From Lepidodermella squamata (Eukaryota; Animalia; Gastrotricha), in contig JBLDXI010000025.1 in NCBI GenBank assembly GCA_047495785.1, positions 1,674,001 through 1,738,000 of the forward strand: a stretch of DNA of 64,000 nt, read 5' to 3'. The translations under genes and the position numbers were made by a program. Every line of letters begins with the position of its first letter. Position 1 is the stretch's first letter. The notes below the pieces were generated by a model. That model searched no databases and was not told the origin of the DNA. It was given only the letters and a program-made list of their open reading frames with translations. Below are positions 56,156 to 64,000 of the stretch, piece by piece.

Positions 56156-58537
56156 ATGAAATTTGCAAGCCTCTTTGCTGTTGTTGCATCGGTTATGGCA
56201 GAAAAACCTTACCCACTCAAAATGCTTCATTTGATGCCGATGACTGGAAACGCACCTCGAACAGGCTACGACTGTTTTCAAGGATCAATGATTGCTGCGA
56301 ATGCTGCCAATTCTTATCCTGGATTTCTACCCGACTATCACATCGATTTAGTACCCGTTGATGAGTTCACATCTGGGAATAGAGCAGCGGCTAACACCAT
56401 TGCGTTCCTTAACGAATTCGAGCATAACAAACGCAGTGGTTTGGTACTCAATAACACATTCCTATCCCCAGCTATGGTAGCTGGCTATTACACAAATGGG
56501 TGCAAAAGCCTTGGTGGGACGCTGCACTACCTTGGAATAGTGGCCTACTCAATTTCGTGCGGCGCAAGATTCTTCATGGATCGAAAACTTTATCCAAATA
56601 TGTACCTGTCCAAGTCGGTAACACAAATGATATACAGATCTATATTGAATTTCGTTAAGATTCATGGTAAATGGAACCGAATCGCCATCTTGGCAAACTT
56701 AGGAAACATAAATGATAACGATGTTGCGCAGCAAACGTTCGCCTACGCTTTGCAAAATAACATGAGCGTTGCATGGTATCACGCTTTAATCGACCTTGAC
56801 GATCCAAGTCCGGTCTATACCTTGAAGCAAAGTGATGCCAGGATTATAATCCTGTCGATGGCCAATCTCGACGTATCTCGCCGATTTTTTTGCCTCTGCC
56901 ACAAGTTGGGAATAACTGGGAGTCGCTACGTGTTTTTCGCTTCAAATGACATCATGTCCGACGTTTCTGCGATTCCTGACTTCCTATTATCCGGCTGCAG
57001 TAAAAATATTCTCCTCGAGCAATACAAGTCAGTCATCGTTCAAGGTATAGCTCAGGTGCCCCTAGATGGCAATGTAAAGTCGGAACTCGGTTACTCATCT
57101 GCTGAATTCGAAGTGGCTTTTGATAAGCTTTCCAACTCAGCTAGAGGGCCTGATTATCAGTTTCGATATCAGTGCCACGATTCAACTTTATTAGCGTTAA
57201 TGACTCTTCAATATGCTGAAAAGTTAATGCAGATCGCCGAATCCGGGCTATCGCTTCGTAATTTCGAAAGCGAGCCGATGGCTGTGATGAAATACCTGCA
57301 AAAGGCGGCAGCTGAAATAAATATTACAGGTTTAAGGACGGGGAGGGTATCCTACGATAGCAGGGGCCAGTACATTGGTGAGATCGTTACCTTTGGAGAA
57401 TGGCTACGTGGGCCTATCAGGAACTTCGGCATCGTAAGAGTCGGTCCTTCTACCAATGAAGCGTTATCAGCATTCACTATGGAGAAACTGCTACCTATTC
57501 CATGGAATACTGCAAATAAGATGCCACCAAATGACGGGCCAGTTTTCCAACAAATTTATGAACGAGTGGAGCCTCACGTTTTCTATGTAATTGCGCCACT
57601 TGCAGCTATTGTCATATTGGTTGAAGCACTATTGGTGGCTAAGGTATTGAGATCCAAGATCCATGATCCCCACAAACTTCTTGGATTTCTCGGCTCAATT
57701 TTCCTGACAATCGGCTCGCTTCTGTTCAGCCTAAGCGCCAAGAATTTGTCCGTTGATAACTTCACGCTGTGGTGCGCAAGAATTTGTTTTGTTACCACGG
57801 GATTTTCGCTGGTAAACGCGGTTTTACTTGGCCATCTGTTTGCTTACAAGCGCAGCATTACATCGGCACATCTTCCCACCTTCAGGCATACATCAATAAC
57901 AGCATTCGGGAATCTTGGTATTCATGGGAAATCCTCTGCTTTGGTTGCTGCTGCAGCAAGCTCTAGCAGCAACAACCTGGCTGTAAATTCAAGTCGACTT
58001 TCAAGTGCCGCCAGCTTGAGACCTGTGGCTGCGGATGATGTAAGCAGGAGGTCTAGCATTATTCCGATGCCGATCCCACTACAGCACACTACAATTTGTA
58101 AAATAGCTTTCATTTTTTTGTCACTCCATATTAGCGTCATAACAATCTGGCTGGCAATTGACCCTTTGCACTGTTCAATCTTGATTGAACCAATGATCTA
58201 TGACCTAGCTGCGGATGCGTATACGACAAGATCAACTCTTGTTTGCAATTCGGCTCACCAAAACTCTTGGGTATTTGCGCTTGTCGGCTTCAATTTCTTG
58301 GCTTTGATTCTCGCGATTTTCAATTTGTATGGTCTACGATCACGCGGGGCTCATAAGGTGGTCTCAGACTTGGGCTATCTGACGATAGGAATTGTTAACT
58401 CAATAATGTTTCTCATGCTGACGTTTCTGTTATTGATCGTATTCCCGCGACAAGTTGACAAGGAAATTTCTCTTGCAATTACTCCACTCATTCTTGCAGT
58501 TGTTGTCACGCCGTCTTGGTTCTCGAATTCTAAATGA
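56156..58537 (+). CDS. Class C GPCR, GABA-B-like, copy 2 (T20P relative to copy 1)
   Basis: 793-aa ORF identical to copy 1 except KPYT changed to KPYP. Confidence 0.9.
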   Translation: MKFASLFAVVASVMAEKPYPLKMLHLMPMTGNAPRTGYDCFQGSMIAANAANSYPGFLPDYHIDLVPVDEFTSGNRAAANTIAFLNEFEHNKRSGLVLNNTFLSPAMVAGYYTNGCKSLGGTLHYLGIVAYSISCGARFFMDRKLYPNMYLSKSVTQMIYRSILNFVKIHGKWNRIAILANLGNINDNDVAQQTFAYALQNNMSVAWYHALIDLDDPSPVYTLKQSDARIIILSMANLDVSRRFFCLCHKLGITGSRYVFFASNDIMSDVSAIPDFLLSGCSKNILLEQYKSVIVQGIAQVPLDGNVKSELGYSSAEFEVAFDKLSNSARGPDYQFRYQCHDSTLLALMTLQYAEKLMQIAESGLSLRNFESEPMAVMKYLQKAAAEINITGLRTGRVSYDSRGQYIGEIVTFGEWLRGPIRNFGIVRVGPSTNEALSAFTMEKLLPIPWNTANKMPPNDGPVFQQIYERVEPHVFYVIAPLAAIVILVEALLVAKVLRSKIHDPHKLLGFLGSIFLTIGSLLFSLSAKNLSVDNFTLWCARICFVTTGFSLVNAVLLGHLFAYKRSITSAHLPTFRHTSITAFGNLGIHGKSSALVAAAASSSSNNLAVNSSRLSSAASLRPVAADDVSRRSSIIPMPIPLQHTTICKIAFIFLSLHISVITIWLAIDPLHCSILIEPMIYDLAADAYTTRSTLVCNSAHQNSWVFALVGFNFLALILAIFNLYGLRSRGAHKVVSDLGYLTIGIVNSIMFLMLTFLLLIVFPRQVDKEISLAITPLILAVVVTPSWFSNSK

Positions 58538-58603
58538 CAGTTTTCGGTGGCCGTGCGGTTATGTTTTTATTATAAACACCAATAACTGATAAATATTTCT
58601 TAG

Positions 58604-60201
58604 CTAATCGCTATCGTTTCTGAAACTGTTTTGGAAGGCCCAGTTTTTAATTGGCTGCTTGCCAAGCCATATCATCACAATGAGTGCAACTACGACAAAC
58701 CCAGCGATGAAGAAAAACGTATAACCATGAGTCAAGTAGTTCACAACTTGTGAAGCATTCGCCACTGTTACAAGGTTGCCATACATCGCGTTATAGCTTA
58801 TAGCAGCGGCAAGACCGAACGAGTTTTCACACATCGATATTGCCGCGAAAATTCTGCCATGCTCTTTATCATCCGTCAGTTTAGAAAGTCCAGACCTTAA
58901 CGATACAAACCAGTAATTCGAACAAGCCCCGAGAATACAGAAAACCCATGTAGCGTATTTTGGGTAAAATCCAGAGGTTCCGAGTGCGCACATGCCCAAA
59001 ATTCGTGAAATCGCGCCGATCACCCCGATTGATGCGTCTGAAAGCGGAAGCACACTTCCGACTTTCAGTCTAAGCAATCGGATACCCGCAAATAGCGCCA
59101 GTCCCAAACTAGCCGCCCAGACAGCCATGAAGAATGCATACTGCGATGACGTCATAGAAATTGGCTGCAACGAGCTGAAAGCTGATATCAGTTGTCCCGT
59201 AGCTCGAGGGCCTATCGCAACACATCCGAGAGCATAAGCGACCAGCATAACTTGAAGCCACTTTGACTCAAGTTTCGATCGCTTTCCATCTTTGGAGAAC
59301 AGGAAGATTTTAAAGGCGGATGCAATGTTTTCTCTCGGTGAGCACAGAAATTTCAGCCAACTTCCGTTCGCTTCATTCGTCACCCGTTTCCTAACGTCAG
59401 ACCATTTATGTAGCTCTGGAACTAGTGTGAAGATGTAAACTATAGCGTACAGATCAATTGCGATTACGACAACGAATGTCAGAACGAAACTGCGATTGCT
59501 GCTGAAAATATGCCATTGAGAATGTACCCGAGCATCTCCCCTAAGCACACCGAAGCTTCCATCATGGCTAGTCGGATAGTTCGAGTCCTGCCTGTAGAAA
59601 TCTGAGTTGCGTATGAAGCTGTTGCCATTGGGGCTACACTTGTCTGACCCCCGATTCCACTGAAAATCGTAGCCATACTGAGGTACAAAGGGTTGATAGC
59701 TTGAGACGGCACGAGGTAAGCAAACAGCATGAATAAAATGCCAACTACAACACTACCGAAATGAGGAAAGGCAAGGGGCAGTCTGTATGAAAACCGATCA
59801 CACCACGTCCCGAGAATGATTGCCGTTAGCAAAGTTGGTAGAAATGAAGTCAGGGAGAAAAGGGTTGAATAAACAGCGTAATCTGCTTGAACTGCGGCTT
59901 CTTCCGTCTTTAATAGGGGCGATGAATCTATTTGTTCGCAAAGAGACTCTGAATTGTATTTGTATAAACAGATTCGCCAATAGACGAAATGCTGCATCGC
60001 CGGGGTGAAAATTCCATAAGCTAAGAAGTAGAGCGCCATGGGAACTTCAGCACTGAAGGCGATTGCTGCGAAAATTGTCCGAGCGCGACTCGGCTTCTCC
60101 TCTTGTTTTGTTTCAGACTTTGAACCAGCCGCATCTTCTGAAGATTCAGGAATCTCAGAACCCTCCGCATTTCCTGTGGCAGGTGCCTCAGGATCATCCA
60201 T
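58604..60201 (-). CDS. SLC46/PCFT-like MFS transporter, split by a 1-nt frameshift near 59493
   Basis: VEP-like start, Q..Y.RIC, LGTWCDRFSYR, R.IRLAMME, LRSGLSKL....EHGRIFA. The two ORFs overlap with no intron between them. Confidence 0.82.
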
Positions 60202-60736
60202 GCAAAAACTGTGTAAAGTCCGATGAACCAGGTCGAGAGAAGGAACTAAAAATGTGTCTGCTGATAACTCTCAAAGCGAGATAAGATAAGTCACTATCTA
60301 TGAAGCTTTAAACATTTTTATTTACACAAATTTCATGAATCCCAAAATGACTAATTAGGTATAGACTGCTTTCCTAACCAGATGAATTTTTCGCCGATAA
60401 CGATAACGCATGCACTAGTCAGGATTTCTATAAAAATTTCGAAAACATAACCAGCGTGTTCATCGAGATTTTCTCTATCTGTAACCAACAACCAAACCCG
60501 CGGAAAAATCGAAACCGTCTCAGAACCAGCAAAATAAGAATCGATTATTTTGTGAACTCTACACTTTACCTCCAAGCACTGATGAATCAGCTGACCACCG
60601 AGGTATGACAACCAACGACTGCTGCGTCCCGACCAATTAAGGTTCCAAGTCGATAATCACCAAGTTATACAGTGACGTCTAACAACAATAATTGAAATTT
60701 TTTATTTGTCTCAAGGGCGAGTCGGTTTTCAACAAA

Positions 60737-61444
60737 TTATTCACTTGGGTTCTCTGCAGCATCTGGGTTCTCGCTGACCAGAAAATTGACAATATCTGAG
60801 AATCCACCCAAAGCCGCGTAATGCATAGCTGTGTAGCCATGGTCCCTTTTGTTCTTTTGGAAGACATCGGATTTGCATTTCATCAACAACTTGACGATTG
60901 GCAGGGAACCTTCCTTGCATGCCATCATGAGATACGAATCGCCATCACGATTCGTTCTATCCATTTCATAGTAATGATTGTCCAATATAAATCGGACCAT
61001 TTCGTCCCGCCCAGCTTGTATTGCCCGGCCAAGGATGTTGTTTTGCTTTGCATCATCTGTTTCAAACTGCTCACGCTCGTTAGACGTTATGTAATCTACG
61101 ACACCTATATGCCCATTGTCAGCCGCCAGATGAATGGCTAAGGACTGCCTGTCAGTTTGTTCCCGATGAAAGAAAGTCAACGTGTAGTCTCTGTGGAGGT
61201 ATTTAATCAGCTCGAGATGACCATTCATTGCGGCTTGAATAAAACACGTTCGATGACAGTCATTAGCATCACGCTGTTCCAATATCATCCTTTGATCTGA
61301 TGAGGAGGAGGATATCGATCGCAGCATTCGCTCCAGCACAGACCTATCGCCAAGGCACGCCGATTCATGAATCTTTTGCAAAGTCGCGGCATCAACCAGG
61401 TTAGAAACTCGGCTGTTCAAAGCAGTCTCGTATCGCACTAACAT
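60737..61444 (-). CDS. Ankyrin-repeat protein, tandem paralogue 1 (intronless)
   Basis: Ankyrin repeats, shares IHE.A..G, RT...QA..NG, LGRAI..G and YLM.A...G with its neighbours. Confidence 0.88.
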   Translation of the reverse strand: MLVRYETALNSRVSNLVDAATLQKIHESACLGDRSVLERMLRSISSSSSDQRMILEQRDANDCHRTCFIQAAMNGHLELIKYLHRDYTLTFFHREQTDRQSLAIHLAADNGHIGVVDYITSNEREQFETDDAKQNNILGRAIQAGRDEMVRFILDNHYYEMDRTNRDGDSYLMMACKEGSLPIVKLLMKCKSDVFQKNKRDHGYTAMHYAALGGFSDIVNFLVSENPDAAENPSE

Positions 61445-62058
61445 TTAAAATATCGGTAAATAGAGGTTGAGAAAATGTAGTCAGAGTAGTTCGACTATAA
61501 ATTTGGACAATGAACCAGGCGCGCGTTTTGCTTTTATATCTGAACTCGAATGATCGTATGATTCCGCCGCTATATATGTTAGTAGCCTGGTGACAGTGGC
61601 GGCGAATAGTATGCATCCTGTACCCATGCAAAATCAATATTCTACCTTGTATGCAGCTGAAAATAAAATAAAATGCGCGGTATGCATGAGCCCAATCATG
61701 TGACGTGCAATATGGTGCATTATTAGACACACAAAGAACACAGGGGAGGATGAAAAAGTTAGCAAAAATATCAATATTTATTAGGACGTATAGAAGCTAA
61801 GTCATCATAGATAAAGTTTTATCTATGAGCAAATTTTTTTATGGTATCGAGTTTGCACAATGCTTGCAGGTTTAAATTTCCGTATTCGCCGCTATTTAAA
61901 AGAGCACAGAGACGGGCAGAAAAATAAAGTACAGCAGGGTCACGTTTTGCTTTGCTCTTGCGAGCTTGTATGTTCAACGATTTGTAAATTCACATTTGCA
62001 TTTTAAATTTTTGGTAATAAATCAAAATCAGACAGGAAGTAGAGGTGATAGGGTTCAG

Positions 62059-62805
62059 TTATAACTTCATGTCCAACTTTTTCGCTAGATCGGCTGCTGT
62101 TTCGCCTTTCAAGTTGCGCATTCCTGCAAGTTCAGGCTTTTCCGTCAACAAATATTGGACGACATCTTTGTAGCCGCCCATCGCAGCATAGTGAATAGCC
62201 ATATTTTCATTGTCATGCAAATTGCGAGTGTAAAAGTCAGCACCATTTTTCAACAACAGCTTGACCATTTCGATATTCCCACGTTTCGCTGCTAACATCA
62301 AGTATGTGAAGCCTGTAGCGTTGTGCTTCTCCATTTCGAAGTACGTGTTTTCGAGCAGGAATTGGACCATTTCAAAGCGCCCGGTTAAAATAGCTCGCCC
62401 AAGTAGCGTATCCAAGTTTTCATCGACTGATTCGAAAAGTTCAGATTCCGAGAATGTGAAGTACTTCACTATCTCGAGGTGCCCGTTATCCAATGCCAAT
62501 TGAACGGCTAGAGAGCCTCGATTTGTGCTATCACGCTCATACAGCATATCACCCAGCTCGTCGATAAAGTATTTTACTGCGTCTAAGTTGCCATTGGCAG
62601 AGGCTTGCATGAGAGGTGTACGAAAAAAATCTTCGCTGTCTTTGTGCTCGATCAGCATTTTTCTTTGTGATGAGGTAAGCACATTGGAAGACAGAATACC
62701 TCGGAGAACCGGAACGTTCCCTGACTTCGCTGCTTCATGGATTCGCCGAGCTTGCATCTCCAAGTCCTCCCCTAATGAAAAAGAGGCTCTTCTGTGATCA
62801 GTCAT
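62059..62805 (-). CDS. Ankyrin-repeat protein, tandem paralogue 2 (intronless)
   Basis: RTPLMQAS.NG, DENLDTLLGRAI, YLMLAAKRG, AIHYAAMGG. Confidence 0.9.
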   Translation of the reverse strand: MTDHRRASFSLGEDLEMQARRIHEAAKSGNVPVLRGILSSNVLTSSQRKMLIEHKDSEDFFRTPLMQASANGNLDAVKYFIDELGDMLYERDSTNRGSLAVQLALDNGHLEIVKYFTFSESELFESVDENLDTLLGRAILTGRFEMVQFLLENTYFEMEKHNATGFTYLMLAAKRGNIEMVKLLLKNGADFYTRNLHDNENMAIHYAAMGGYKDVVQYLLTEKPELAGMRNLKGETAADLAKKLDMKL

Positions 62806-63249
62806 GAAGTAGATTTGTTCAGTAAATGGAGTGGTTTCTCTTTACTGCGGAAATTATGTAGCGAGAAATCGAGCCGAAATGCTGTTTGCGCCCAAATGTT
62901 AGCCCTGGCCTAATGAATAAATGATGATTCCCCAACTTGAACTAACATTTTCTGCACACACGCACTCAAGCAGCTCAAAATAATACTCACGTGCCGATCA
63001 TGTGCAATTTATTAATATTCTCGCAATTCCCGACGTAATCGATTGCAGCTAGCAATCCCACCTGATTGCATGCATAGTATGCAGTGATATTAGCCACTGG
63101 CATGGTCATTATTTATGACAAATAAGCAATGAAAATAAACGAGTCCACGCAAAATAATTGATTCGAGACTAAAAATTGACAGCAAATGAACGCCGACGTA
63201 TGACTATTGGCAGAAATTCTGAAGAAAAAGCACATTAGTTCTATACAAG

Positions 63250-63993
63250 TCACTGGTGCATCTGCATTCCTTTAGATTGAATCATTTCGAGGGCGCTCGG
63301 TCCATTCTTTGGCTTGAAATTCGCCAGGTCGGGATCCTTCTCCAACAAAAAACGCACAATATCAACATGGCCACCGCCTATTGCATAATGAATAGCTGCC
63401 ATCTCATTATCGACATGGTTTTGCGAGCGTAAATCAGCACTGTTAGTTCCAACCACCAATTTGACCATTTCAACATCGCCCCGTTTGGCAGCCATCATTA
63501 AATAAGTGTAGCCCTCTTTGTTGCGTTTATCCATGTCGTAGTATGTTATTGACAGCAAGAATCTAACCATCTGATTTTGACCGGCCTGAATTGCGCGGCC
63601 AAGGAGGGTGTCAAGATTCTCGTCCTCGGCTTCAAACAAATCCGGCTCGTGCGAGGTCAGGTATTTCACGACTTCCACCTGTCCATTATCGGTTGCTAAC
63701 TGAACAGCGAGGGAGCGGCGTGGCGTGGTATCTCGCGAAAACAATGAAGCACCGTAATCGCGAACCAGTGATTCGACGATTTCGAGCTTACCGAGCGCCG
63801 CTGCTTGCATAATCGGAGTCCTCGCGAAATCATTGGCATCTTTGTGATCAACCAGGAAACGAAGATACGGGGACTCAGGTCCTTCAGCGTCGAGTATTGC
63901 TCTAAAAGAAGCTAAATTTCCCGTCTTGGCAGCTTCATGAACTTTCACTGCCTTAGAGTACAACTCTGGATTATTGTCCAGGTTGCTTGACAT
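63250..63993 (-). CDS. Ankyrin-repeat protein, tandem paralogue 3 (intronless)
   Basis: RTPIMQAA.LG, DENLDTLLGRAI, YLMMAAKRG, AIHYAIGGG. Confidence 0.9.
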   Translation of the reverse strand: MSSNLDNNPELYSKAVKVHEAAKTGNLASFRAILDAEGPESPYLRFLVDHKDANDFARTPIMQAAALGKLEIVESLVRDYGASLFSRDTTPRRSLAVQLATDNGQVEVVKYLTSHEPDLFEAEDENLDTLLGRAIQAGQNQMVRFLLSITYYDMDKRNKEGYTYLMMAAKRGDVEMVKLVVGTNSADLRSQNHVDNEMAAIHYAIGGGHVDIVRFLLEKDPDLANFKPKNGPSALEMIQSKGMQMHQ

Positions 63994-64000
63994 GTTCTTG

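Larger units (their letters stand above)
47266..59140. repeat. Direct tandem duplication, unit 5,936 bp (47266-53204 / 53202-59140)
   Basis: All ORFs recur at an offset of +5936. 3-bp ATA microhomology at the junction (53202-53204). One substitution seen, 50277 A versus 56213 C. Confidence 0.97.

Noticed and set aside
60351-60611. 86-aa ORF faintly like a Venus-flytrap fragment (RVWLLV...GEKFIWLG)
   Set aside because: Too short and weak to support without a profile search.
1-64000. tRNA, rRNA, snRNA or SL RNA genes and prokaryotic-type systems
   Set aside because: None recognisable by eye; a covariance-model search (Infernal, tRNAscan-SE) is needed to exclude small RNAs.

Overview
This is eukaryotic genomic DNA from a compact, ciliated invertebrate. 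It is probably a spiralian, but the species cannot be assigned from the sequence. Introns are mostly GT-AG and 48-58 nt. The first ~18 kb holds conserved genes: the DNAAF4 3' end, a C1orf131 homologue, ACADM, an NRARP-like ankyrin gene, a 12-exon nAChR alpha subunit and CIMIP5/C2orf50. The NRARP-like gene has nine perfect CSL/Su(H) sites in the ~3 kb upstream, including an SPS-like pair next to a proneural E-box. From ~18.5 kb the window becomes an accessory region. Its centrepiece (~21.5-45 kb) is a dense island of small secreted proteins. It contains two families I do not recognise: family A (7 copies, 4 Cys, C-x32-39-C-x7-C-x37-42-C) and family B (4 copies, 8 Cys, HCx3C...CMNxCxCxxYC-x13-Cx3C). 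The island also has an acidic-propeptide/KR peptide precursor, another orphan secreted protein, two WAP proteins, a lectin/LamG/PAN protein and a divergent Cys-loop receptor. The last ~17 kb holds a near-perfect 5,936-bp tandem duplication covering a signal-Sushi-Sushi-ankyrin gene and a GABA-B-like GPCR and cutting an SLC46-like gene, then three ankyrin paralogues. Three non-autonomous DNA transposons have clear TIRs and TSDs (piggyBac-, CACTA/EnSpm- and hAT-type). Two gene junctions look operon- or trans-splicing-like. All gene models were spliced by eye, and family assignments come from remembered motifs, not database searches.
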